A stretch of DNA of 64,000 bases from Moniliella sp. 'wahieum' (Eukaryota): assembly GCA_003971905.1 (NCBI GenBank), contig RSEE01000143.1:62001-126000 (forward strand), read 5' to 3'. Positions 1 to 10,994 of the stretch are shown piece by piece. Both the position numbers and the translations under genes were made by a program. The stretch's first letter is position 1; each line of letters begins with the position of its first letter. Below the pieces are notes generated by a model that saw only the letters and a list, made by a program, of their open reading frames with translations, did no database searches and was not told where the DNA came from.

Positions 1-556
1 AACGAAAGGCGGGGGTGGCGCGAGCGCCAGCCGACGCTTGCCTCGTAGTGACGTACTGATCGATTGATAGGCTAGAGGTCACATTCACAGCCACTAGCGG
101 CTGCGCAGCGACTAACTTGTTCGTGGTGTGTGCAACGTTCAAACGTTCAACGTTCAAATATTCAACCACGCGGGCGGAATTGGTTGGCCCGGGGCGGAGG
201 GCTTGCCGAGGATAGCCAGTAGCCAGCTGCCACGGTTCATGTATTAGAGTGTGGGATTGGTTGGGCTGGTTGGGCCCGTGGATATGTATAGCCTCAACCA
301 TCGTCGGCGCCCAGCCCCTAGTACGCAGCCAGGAACGTCTATGTGCAATGGGAGCAGCGTTGTCAGCCCGCCGTGGTCACCCTGATGCCAGGTTATATGA
401 CAACTCGATGTACTCAGTATACAGGAAGCACCGAGGCACTCGGCTCTGACATCGTGCTGAACCGAGAACGGAGAACCGAGTGCAGATGTAAATTTCCGAT
501 ATGGGCATCGACATCGTCCCTCGAGATCAAGCAAGAGAGAGACAATATGTGTATGG

Positions 557-559
<3 letters not shown>

Positions 560-597
<38 letters not shown>
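560..597. repeat. (GA)n microsatellite
   Basis: Perfect GA dinucleotide run seen directly. Confidence 0.95.
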
Positions 598-599
<2 letters not shown>

Positions 600-799
600 T
601 GGCATGCGTGCGCAGGACCCTCTAGCTTAGTAGCGTAGTAGCTTAGCGGCGGGAGAGAATACAATGGCCCAATGACACCATGACCCAATGGCAATGGCCG
701 ATCTCGAGTCACACTAGTCATCGTCATCGTCACCATTACATTGGAATCGGTGTCGGTGGTTGAACATCATTGCAGTTGCATTTGCATCGGTGTCGGTAG

Positions 800-3578
800 T
801 TAAATTGGGCGTGTTAGAACAGTCCACCATGGACGACTCGAGTCCCAAGTCGTCCGCGCCCACATCGTGCCCGCAATCACATCATCAGCCATACGAAGAA
901 TTTCACTGAGGGTACGATGGTGGGTGCTGCTGCTCTGCGAGGCGCGGGGGGCAGGATGACCAGGGTCGATGGCGGCTGTAGTGGAGGAGCCGGGAGAGGG
1001 AGAGGGGGAGGAACCTGCAGGGGCAGCTCGGGTGGTGGCACTACCGCTCGTCTTGCTTGTCCCGCTCGTAAGACCGGACGAGGCAAGAGGAGCGACGTGA
1101 CTTGATGACGTGGTGGGGGAGAGGGAGGCAGAGGCCGAGGGAGAGATCGAGGCGAAGCAGTGGGAGAAGAGGCGGTAGGGGGGGGTTGGATAGTGATCCC
1201 ACACGGGGAGTACCAGGGGCAAAGGGGGACGATGTGCCTGACGCTGATCGGTTCTTCTTTGGTGGGAAAAGGTCGATCAACGATTGCTTACTGGTTGAAC
1301 GGGGGCCAAAGGAAGTAGTGCGATTTGCACTCCCGTTCCCATCCCCACCCCCATCCTCCACCGGCAGAGGTAGGGGTACCGGGAGAAGAAACAGTAGGGG
1401 GTGTGCTACGGGTGGGTGCGCAGCCGCAGCCGAAGGCAGAGTCGAAAGCGAGGGTGCATCAGTAGACGAAGTTTCGGACCCGGGTACGTGGGAGGGATTA
1501 GAATCGGGGGGTAAAGGGTTGGCAAGCCGAGTTGGAGTGGCTGGAGTCACAATATGAGGCGGCACCGTGGTGACAGAGACCTTTTCCTCAGTCTTCTTTT
1601 CATCCGGGACCACTGGCAATCCCTCGCCGTCGTCATGGTTTCCTCGATATCCTTCGGCAAGGTCACTTGGGGTTGCGATGGGGAAGCAAGCAACGGAACC
1701 GGTATCTTTTGCTTGGATGGCGCTATCTTGTGACCCGCGCCGAGGATGAGTGGCTGTCGGTAGAGGGGTGGCCGAAACGGGCTGGGCAGGCGGAGGGGGA
1801 GAAGAGGAGGGACGGCTGACAACCAGGGTCGGCGGGCAAGGGCGAGCCATCTGTCTCAGTAGGGGGGGCAAGGGTGGTGGACTGTTCCGCAGGCAGTGGC
1901 ACTGCAGATGCCTTCTCTTCCTCGTGACCAGATGCGGGAGGCTCAGTATCAGACAGACGGACAGGCGATGTCTCCTTGGCGGCAGAGTTGCAGTCACGGG
2001 CGGGGGCGCTGGATCGGACGATGGAGCATCCATCGATTCAACGGCATCGACAAAGTCCGACGAACCTCCTTCTGCATCTGGAGGGTCCGAAGAAGGCATA
2101 GCATGAATCGAAGGAGGTTCAGCAGTGTCCAAAGGAGGTACTGCAGTGGTCAAAGTAGATTCTGTTGCCGTACTTTCCTTTACAGGGGAAGAGTGGGCGT
2201 TGCTTTCGTCTGCGCTGGGAGCGGAAGGCTCTGAAACAAGTACTTCCTCGGTCAACTCCACTGTGGTAACATCCCCATCAGCCGGCGAGGAGACCAAAGA
2301 CGATGGGCTGCCCCCCGCCGACGGAGAGGCGATTTCGACAGGACTCTTCACCTGGCCTGCTTCCAGAGTGGTGGGCAAGAGAGGCGGGAGAGCAGAGATG
2401 CTGGAGGTGGAGGTGGAACGTTCCATGTACGAGCGTGCGCTTTCGGACAGCCGGCGCGATTGGTGAGCGGAAGGAGACAAGCCAAACCCCAAATCTCGTT
2501 TGCGGCCTGCCAGATCACGAGCAGCCGCCTCATGCCGCGCTTTGTCACCTGCACTCATCCAACGCTTCTCGTGGCCTTGTGTATTGATCAACGTATCGGG
2601 GATTTCGCCCGTGGTAAGGAAGGCCTCCGCCTCCGCATCGGTCATGGTCAGATCGTTGAGGCCGAGCGAGGCAAACAAATCGTCAGCCGTCTCGCGTCCC
2701 GCCACGTGATGGTCCGCTTGCTCTCGTACATTGGCCAACGCAGTCGGCAAATCGGCACCGTCTTTGACGATCGAAGCCACTCGACCCGTTTGAGAGGTCC
2801 GAGGCTTGATGGTTGCCTTAGCTTCAGCCGCCAAGGCGGCTGACGAATTGTGTGACGCACTGTACTTGGCCAAGGAGTGTGAGGGAACGAAGCTGGATTC
2901 GATCCGGCCGATGACATGCGTGCCAATCGCAATGGCTTGATACCAGCATTGGCACTCGGCACGTAGGTACGAGCGGCAATGCGGTCCCCAGCAACGGTGT
3001 AAACGGGCTCCTTTGGCTGAGAAGGCTTGCGCGGCGCATCCACTTCGGCCAAAAGATTGTCCACGTCGGTATCTGACAAGGTAAGCCCCGACACTCCCAT
3101 GGACAAGAGCATTGCGTCCGCGTCCTGTTCCGGCGGGCTCCCGAACCTTCGGGGGCAAGCGGAGGGGGAATAAAGTCGATGCCATTGAGCCGCTGGCCTT
3201 GACAGGGCCTTGGGGCTGCTCGTCGGTGGTCGTCTCAATATCGTCGGCGGCAGCCTCACGCGCCAAACGGTCCTTGTCGATGCGGAGAAAGAGGGGGAGC
3301 TCGCCAAACTCGACGGCCTCATGGAATTCCTCGTAGGTGCCGCGCCACTCGTTGTGCACGAGGAGACCAGGAATGGAGGGGTCGATGAGCGCCTTGCGCC
3401 GCCACCGGCTCTTGGCCGCGGGGTCAGAAGCAAGATCGTGGACGACAAAGGGGATGCGCTGGGCGGTAAGAACAGAGACGAAGCCTTGCGTGACGCGGTT
3501 GTGGTTGGAAAGAATGGAGGTGGAGAAGAGCTCGACGGCCACGGGTGTGCCGTCGGGCAGGGTGGGCACCTGGGCCAT
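800..3578 (-). CDS. SH3BGR/thioredoxin-like N-terminal domain protein with a long Pro/Ser/Thr-rich tail; frameshifted
   Basis: N-terminus VELFSTSILSNHN...FVVHDLASDPAAKSRWRRK...IPGLLVHNEWRGTYEEFHEAVEFGELPLFLRID resembles fungal SH3BGR-like domains. The tail is stitched from ORFs 1041-3578, 2648-3448 and 800-1222. The 3' end is approximate. Confidence 0.6.
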
Positions 3579-3597
3579 GGCGTGTGGGGGGGAAGAC

Positions 3598-3663
3598 GGT
3601 GGCGGTGGTGGTGGTGGTGGTGGTGGTGGTGGTGGTGGTGGTGGTGGTGGTGGTGGTGGCGGT
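3598..3663. repeat. (GGT)n/(ACC)n trinucleotide tract just upstream of the SH3BGR-like start codon
   Basis: About 22 near-perfect GGT units seen directly. Confidence 0.95.
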
Positions 3664-4244
3664 TAATGCGCCCTGAGGCCTGATGGGATGGACTGCCAGG
3701 TGGATGCAGGGGAGCAGAGTGGTGCGGACAGAGTGAGTGACCCGTGGCAGGCCAGCCGCCCCGCCACCGTGGCCCGACCGGCGCCCCACGTCACCCACCG
3801 CCGCCCCTCACCCGTCGCGCCACGCGCGGCGACACTTGAACGTTCAGATTCCGTCTCAGCTCCCGCCGCCGAGCGGCCCAGACGTGGATAAGCACGGGCG
3901 GCTGACATGTGACATGTGCCATCACAAGCCCCATGTCACATCCCCTTCCCATCACCACTGCACGTGACTGGGGCTAAGCAGGTAGGTGAACGTTGAAATG
4001 TTCGCGCGGCGTTTGTCAGCCAGGCGAGGCGCCCAGCAGGCTGCGGCGCCGTGCGGGCGCAAGCGCGGGGGGCGCACACTGGCGCGGGTGCGTGGGCCAT
4101 GGGCGCCTGGCCTGCGGGAGGCTGTGGCCGCAGTCTGGCCGCCTGGCCGTCTGCTGTCCCTTGGAGCGCCTGCAGACGGACGGCTGCCGACACCTCGCTG
4201 GGGCCTTCCTCCATCCGCTCCCTGCCCTGAGCTGCTCCCGCGCC

Positions 4245-4908
4245 ATGTTCGCCCTCCGCTCCGCCGCTGGTGTGCGCCCGGCCGCGCGCGCTGCGTCGTC
4301 TCTCCGCCTCGCCGCCCCCACCATCGCCCGCCGCGGCATGGTGTCCGCCGCCGAGCGCTGGAACGAGGACGACTGGCACAACGCCTCCACCCTGGTCAAG
4401 GCGGGCAAAATCGACCTCTCCCACAACATCCCCGACATTGAGGGCAAGTGGAAGTACCTGAGCAAGCCCGAGCAGATCGGCACCTGGGTTCTGCTCGAGG
4501 ACATTATGAAGAAGGACTGGAACGACCTCACTGCCAACGAGAAGCGCGCTGCGTACTTCATTTCCTATGGCCCCTATGGCCCCCGCAAGCCCGAGCCGCC
4601 TCACACCCAGGCCAAGGTGTTTGTGGGTGTGGTCGTGTCGTGTGCGCTGGGCATTCTTCTGACTACCGGCATCCAGGCATTGGGTGGTACGTCTTCTTTC
4701 CCCCGACTCATCGGGTGCGCGTCGTTGCTGGTGACGCATGCTGACCATGTGGTGGTTGCTAGGCGCCAAGGACCGTCCCATCACCTGGAACACCGAGTGG
4801 CAGCAGGCCATGAATGCCAAGGCACGGTACGAGAAGAACGACCCAATCACGGGTGTTTCCGCGGAGGACTACAAGGGCAAGGGCTTCGTCACGAGTTACC
4901 CCGTGTAA
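4245..4908 (+). CDS. COX5: Cytochrome c oxidase subunit IV-family protein (fungal Cox5)
   Basis: Arg/Ala-rich presequence MFALRSAAGVRPAARAASS, then IEGKW...KKDWNDLTANEKRAAYFISYGPYGPR and one TM helix. The intron 4687-4762 (GTACGT...GCTGAC...TAG) joins in frame to PITWNTEWQQAMN...KNDPITGVSAEDYKGKGFV, with TAA at 4906-4908. Confidence 0.92.
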
Positions 4909-5223
4909 TCAGCATTTACCCTGTCAATTTGCTCTGCTCTTGTGGGGGAGTGGTAGCAGATCCTTCGTGCTCTGTTGGGCGGGCTCCAACCGGCATGCGC
5001 TTTGTTCAGCCTCCTCTACCTGGGTTCGCTTCTTTTCTATCCCCCACGATTATTGAATCACTGCATCCTGCATCCACCCAACCAACCTGAAGTGTGTCAT
5101 GGTCGCATTAGCTAGGCTAAATAGGATGAGGTAGCAGACCAAGGGTCGTAGGCACTAGTCAGTGTACTCAAAATGGAGAAAGAAGAAAAAAAGATAAGCG
5201 TCTCATGAGCGTCTCAGCACGGT

Positions 5224-6095
5224 TCAAGACGACTTGGCAGCAGCCTCTGCCTTGGCCTGGGCGGCAAGACGGTTGTGCTCAACGATATCCTCCTGCTCCC
5301 AGGGGTACACACTGGACAAGAAGTAGAGTCAGAAAAAATGTTCTCTATGCGTTGCTGCCAAGGAGGGGATACGCACATCCAAACGTTCTCCGTCTCGGCA
5401 CCCGCATAATAACGGACGCCCTCAACCATGCCATCAACGGGGGCCGGGTGGGAACCAGGCTGAATAATAGGAAGGGACCCCTTCTTGTTGTTGCGCTTGT
5501 TGTGAACAACAAAGAGGGCAAACTGGGTAGGGGGAAGAGCAGCGCGTTCTTCAGGCTCCATGGCGTCCAGAGCAGCACGCACGTCCTTGCGCAACTCGTG
5601 GTACGCATATTGCAGCGTTGTCCGGCTGTCGTCGACCTCATCCACAATCAGGATCCGCTTGCCGACCAAGCCACCGGCATCCTTGCCTTCCTCCAACTTG
5701 GGAGTCGCCGCACCACTCTTGTTGCCCGACACGGTCTTCTCGTTGAGCCATTGGGTGCGGACAACCTCACGGCCGAGCAGGCCCTCGTTGGAACCAGCCA
5801 CCTCCTCGTACAGAGACAAGCCAATGGCCTGCGTAGGGATGTTGCGCTTGTCCGGTTGGCCAGCGACGGGAAGTTTCAGGAAAGAGCGCATAATACGACC
5901 TGGGATCAGACCACCACCAGCAATCATGATGAGAATGTCGGGGAAGCCAAAGTCCTGCTTGATGCTCGACGCGGCATTGCCAATCAACTGGTGAATGTCC
6001 TCGTAGGTGGGGCGGAGCTTGTTGTCAGACGCAACGGGGATGTTGGATGCTGTTTCGCCGCCGCAGACGACGATTCCCTCAGTGGAGATAGGCAT
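5224..6095 (-). CDS. XPT1: Xanthine/hypoxanthine-guanine phosphoribosyltransferase (fungal Xpt1/Hpt1 type)
   Basis: TYEDIHQLI, IAGGGLIPGRIMRSFL, QAIGLSLYE, PRPP-binding motif ILIVDEVDDSRTTL and FVVHNK. The intron 5376-5312 gives the last exon WIVYPWEQEDIVEHNRLA...SS*. Confidence 0.9.
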
Positions 6096-7043
6096 GGTGT
6101 GGTACGCTGGACACGGTCGGGGCCCGCACGACAAAGACAGGAGAAGGTGGTGGACGCTAGGCACTAGGCCCGACCCGATTGGGCCCGACTGCGAATTTGG
6201 CCGCACCATTTTTTTCGTGGGACCATCTGGAACCACGGGGTTAGCTCATCGGTGCAACATATTCCGCCTCCTGCTTTCCGCCTCTGCAAGCCCCTTGGTC
6301 CCCCTCCACTGGCCTCCACCAGGGCGCGCGAGAACATAAATACGATCGAAGATCGGTAATTGGAATTTTGATTCTTCCTCCTTGCCTCCATCCCCATCGG
6401 CTCCACTCACGCCCCCTCCATCTCGTCTGCACTGCTATGCATGCTCCCCCCCAACACCACCGCCACCACCGCTGGCGCCTGTGGGACAGCGTCTCCTGTG
6501 TACACCTCGCCTCGCCAGTGCCTCCGAGAGCGTGGCAGACTTTATTATGTGTCTCCGTCGTCCCAGGGAGCCCACATTTGTCACGTCTGCCAGATCATTG
6601 TCTCCATTTGTTTGAAGTCTTCTCCAGCGTTCCACTGGCGGAGGCTATAGTCGGAGCGCACATTTGCCTCCCAGAGCATCCATGCCGTTTTCCAATGTAC
6701 CACCGGTCTCTCTTCCGTATCCACAGTGTATGCCGAACGCAAAACGTATAGGCACTTTTTTGTGCGGCAGAGGCAGCAGTCCGAGGTACTAGACGCCATT
6801 TCCTTCTTCGTTACCGTGATATGTTCCGTGCCGATCAAATGAGCCGACCTCGGCGTACCTTCCCGGCGGGTCGGTTGGAAACCCCGCGCTGCTCGCGCTC
6901 AGGGGAGGTTTTGCAGGAGCTTGAGTACGAAAGAGTGTTGCATTTAAAAATGGCGCCACCTGCAACCACCATCGGCCACCACCATCCAGTGTTCTGGACC
7001 CGTTGCGGGTGTCTGCATACCTAGGGAGCTCACCACCAACCGG

Positions 7044-8312
7044 ATGGCACACCCACCATCGCCTGTCTCTATCGCTACCGATCCGGACCCAGTGTCCCTC
7101 CATCCCTCCCTTGGCGCCCCCGGAGATCAGCTCTACTATGTGCCCGACAACCTGGCGCGGCTAGGCAAGCCCCAGCCACTCCTGCGGGAGCAAGCGCTCG
7201 CGCTTGCCCGTGGTGCCCAACCATCTGCCGCACAGGCGGCAGAGGTAGCTGAGGCGGGGGCATCCGGCTCGCAAGAGCCAGAGCGGACCTTGGTTGTCTC
7301 GGTACCCCCCTCGGTCGTGCACACCATATTTGCCCACCGCCAATGGCGAGCTGGAATGATCCTGGCTGACTTAGTGTATGCCAGCATGCATCCCCCCTCT
7401 CATCAGGTACCCTTGATTGACCTAGCGGGGAAAAACGTGCTTGAGCTAGGCGCCGGCACGGCACTGCCAAGCATCCTTGCTTCCTTGGCTCCTGAGGAGA
7501 CTCGGCCTGCTCAGGTACGTCCTCTTCTTCCCACCTGCTCCGGATTGCCCTTGGCTGACCCAGCCGCTGTTCCAGATCGTCATTACGGACTATGACGAAC
7601 CAACGCTGCTGCAGCGACTTCGAGCAAACGTACGAGCCAACACGCAAGGAACTGCTACGTCCAAGATCCACATTCAGGGTCATGTATGGGGCACCAACCC
7701 AGACGACGTGCTAGACCTTCTTCCTGCCCATCGCGGTACACCACAGCCTAAGTTTGATCTTATCTTTCTGGCCGACTGTCTATGGGATCCCTTTTCCCAT
7801 GAGGGCTTGCTCCAAAGCGTGTGTCGTACACTGTCTCGCACACCCAGTGCTCGCGTGCACGTCTTGTCGGGCTTGCATACCGGACGAGAGAACTTGGTTG
7901 CCTTTCTGCACCGCGCTCAACTGAAAGGTCTTACTGTTGTGCCTTGGCTGCAGCTTGGTACCGAGGAAAAGGATCCCGTCGTCCCCGGTGGCTCTTTCCT
8001 CCGCCTCGCCTCGCCTTTCGTGCCTGATGGGCCTGCTATGGCCACAACAGACGACCCATGGGCCTATATCCTCGAAGCACAGCTTGCAGCTGGGGCGGAG
8101 GTGGAGCTGGATGCATCGTCTCTCCCTTCGCACTGCGCCCCCGCCCCGTCGACGGTATCGTACGGACGTCGCCTTACCGGGCTCAGTCGGCCGTTTGTCG
8201 CGCGCGAGAACGACCGGAAGAAAAGAAAGAAGCGGGAGGGGTCAAGGAACGCAACAAGTGGATCCTCGCGTGGGCCATGGCTTGGAACAGGGACTCGCTT
8301 TCGTCAGCATGA
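7044..8312 (+). CDS. Methyltransf_16 family SAM-dependent protein methyltransferase (Efm7/Nnt1-like)
   Basis: IFAHRQWRAGMILAD and motif I VLELGAGTALPSI. Intron 7515-7575, then VITDYD, GHVWG and FDLIFLADCLW. There is a frameshift near the 3' end. Confidence 0.8.
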
Positions 8313-9230
8313 ATAGCCAGAGGTGGCGGTTCATTGCTTGCCGGACCACCCGACCGGTTCAAAAACTTCATTCTTCATATCTCTAACACGTACGGTGAAT
8401 GGATCGACAAGATCCTCATCCTCACTCTGTGCCGCCGTTGCAAGATCAACACCAAATACCATGCCATTGCCAGCGACCAAGGATGGTAGATAGATGTCTG
8501 CTCTCCCTTTCCTTGTCTCCTTTTTATCTTCAATCGATACCAAGTTCCCTTGGAGGATCTGCATATGCACATTAACCTTTGGTAAGCGTAGAAGCCATGA
8601 CACATATCGCACCCACCGCAACTTGCCTCCTTCGCTTAATGCCAGCATGTCACTGGTCCAAATGGTGCACATTTCTGCTTGTCTTTGGCTCTACCGTTTG
8701 GTTGCCTTTTCCCAGCCTTTTGGCTTGCTACTGCAAAACAATGTGGGACGAAACAATCGATATACGACGGCTGGGCTGTTGAGTGGCAGCAACGCGGTGA
8801 GAACCTCACCAACCTCACACGTACGGAAGAAACCAACCTGTTCCGTACACGATATGTCCAGATGAATGCATCCAAAAGGGCGACAAAGGAAGATGTAATA
8901 TGCCATTCCAACTGGATACTCTTAGGATGGCTCAGGCCAATGATCTCGTTTGCAGAGCGAACATACTATAGTCGGTGCACTGCACAAGTCGAGGCACCAC
9001 AGATGCCCACCCAAAGCGAGAGGGCGCTATATGCCGCGACCACTCCTTCTTCACGACCCATCCCATCTGGGTCCATGTGTTTGAGCCCCAGGTCTGCTGC
9101 CCGACACTCAGCGCCGCGCCGCCTATACCACGCCAGGTGGAAGGCGAAGCGCACCAGGTATTATACCATACTGCCCGGCTGGCACTCCAGCGCGCGGGCT
9201 TCGACGTCTCGCCTGGGCCATGGCAGTGCA

Positions 9231-9430
9231 AAGCACCAGATGGCAGGCCAGCTCGGCAGGACAGTGACTAACTAAGCGTGAGCGCCAGTGGCTCTCGCAG
9301 AGCGAAGCATCAGAGAGCAGACGAGTTCTGCAGTAGTACAGTGACTAGTACCAGCTCGTTAGTACATTGACTCACTATAAGCGTGAGCGCCACAGTGGCT
9401 TTATCAGTTCGAAGCACCAGAGAACAGACC
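9231..9430 (+). repeat. Degenerate tandem repeat with intron-like units (GTGAGC...TGACTAAC..AAGC); related inverted copies at 32600-32771
   Basis: Unit starts GTGAGCGCC at 9278 and 9383. AAGCACCAG...GCTCGGCAG.ACA.TGACTAAC.AAGCGTGAGCGCCAGTGGCTCTC is shared with the reverse complement of about 32680-32745. Confidence 0.8.
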
Positions 9431-9619
9431 ACAATCCTGGAGGCTCAGCGGATGCCAGCCCTGTTCAGGGCAAAAGAGCCCTTAACTCCCTCATCTTGTT
9501 CACTTACATGTTACACCTCCTCAACAGTCTCCTCATCTGAGATCTGCAACCATTCAAGTGTTTCGACGTTCACCGCCGTTTCCAGCGTATAATTCAAGCT
9601 GTCGCACACGACGCCCCCT

Positions 9620-9990
9620 TCATGTAGCTCTTGGCTCAGGTCCTGTAAGTACGATGGATGACATTTTTGGTCGTCATGCGTGCCTGTGCAGCTTACTCAT
9701 CCGCCTTGTAGTTCCTGACATCCAATACGATGCGCGCAATGCCTTACGGTGTTAGGCAACCGGTATTGGTGATGGTCGTCTTTTGCAACCAAGCCTCGAC
9801 GTTTATGGTCGAGATGCTTGAGACGGACCGCATTGTGCAGCAGAGCACCACGCGCTCCTTAGTCCTCCTCGACGAACTGGGACGAGGCACATCGACATTT
9901 AATGGCCAAACAATTGCCTATGCCGCACTCCCCCATCTGCTCATGCGTATCCGCTGTGCATCGGATTCTTTCTGACCCACTACTCTTAGT
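9620..9990 (+). pseudogene. MSH6: Degenerate MutS domain V (ATPase) remnant, MSH6-type
   Basis: [45 protein letters not shown] (Walker B region), then a frameshift to IGFFLTHYS and a stop. No intact Walker A (GxxxxGKST) is found upstream. Confidence 0.8.
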
Positions 9991-10994
9991 TCTCTCGATC
10001 GCGCCCTTGCCTCTTCCCCATTAATGCGGCCTAGAAAGCTCAACAGGTCGCACGCTCCCTTTCCTGCTTGCACTTGGGAAGCCTGGCGGATTTTGCTTAC
10101 TTAGTTGCCCTGGCACAGCACGCCCCTCACGCAGATGCAGATGCAAACTCATACTCACACCCACACGCAGAAGGTGTACTACATGCACGTCATGCACCCA
10201 CACGTCGTCCCGAAGAGAAGCACGGGTCACAATCGTTCCGCGATAACCTGCTGCTGTCCCAACTGGAGGTGCTAAGGGAAGCGGCTCGATAAGTGCGGTA
10301 CCCAACAAACAATTGGCTCCTTAGTAGTGTAACCCTCCCCCCGCCTCTCCGCCTCCACCAGCCTCTAACCCGCCGATACGCATTTCGTTTCCTGTTCCTG
10401 TTCTTGTTCCTGTTCCTGTTCTGTTTCTTCTATACGTTAGCTTTGCTGTTGTTTCTGCCCCTCTCTGCTGTTGCGGCCCATTCCATCACCAATCACCAGC
10501 CACTACTAGTCACCACTTACCGGAGCTATCGTTATACCAATTACCAGTCACCCGTCACCGTGACGAGGGAACCTCTGATCGGATTTGAAGGGCAAAGATA
10601 GGCGGATGCAGTCGATAAAGGTTAATAACGGGCGTGTTGGAATGGGATATCATGAGAAGAAAGTGGGAGGTCGGGGGGGGGGGGGGGGGGGTAACGTGTA
10701 ATAGCTGATGAATTTAGTCCTTTGTCTAATTGATTGGAAATAAGGACAGTCCGGGGGAGGAACGAGTGGAGCGAGGGCAAATGGTGGTAGCAAAACTAGT
10801 TGGTCGAAGCGGGTTGAACGTTGAAGCCCCAAAGAGTCATTAATTCGTCCGTTTCTCATCCGTCTTTGATCATTTCGGGCGTCGTCTAAAAACAAAGGTG
10901 TTGGAAGGGATAAAGAGTAAGGTACTTAAGTACCAACAAGTGCCGTCGTGGCAGTCAGGCCTCGACCCGCTCATTGTCACGTCACGGTGACGCC

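Noticed and set aside
6368..7024. Short ORFs between XPT1 and the methyltransferase
   Set aside because: No recognisable motif or consistent exon chain; may be UTR or promoter sequence.
8331..9230. Possible MSH6 middle-domain relics (LTFGKRR at about 8575) or a minus-strand gene ending at 8331
   Set aside because: The matches are only a few residues long and the two readings conflict. A profile search would be needed to decide.
9231..9430. CRISPR-like or 5S rRNA-like repeat
   Set aside because: Units are degenerate tandem copies with no unique spacers, no cas genes are present, the context is eukaryotic, and there is no match to 5S motifs.
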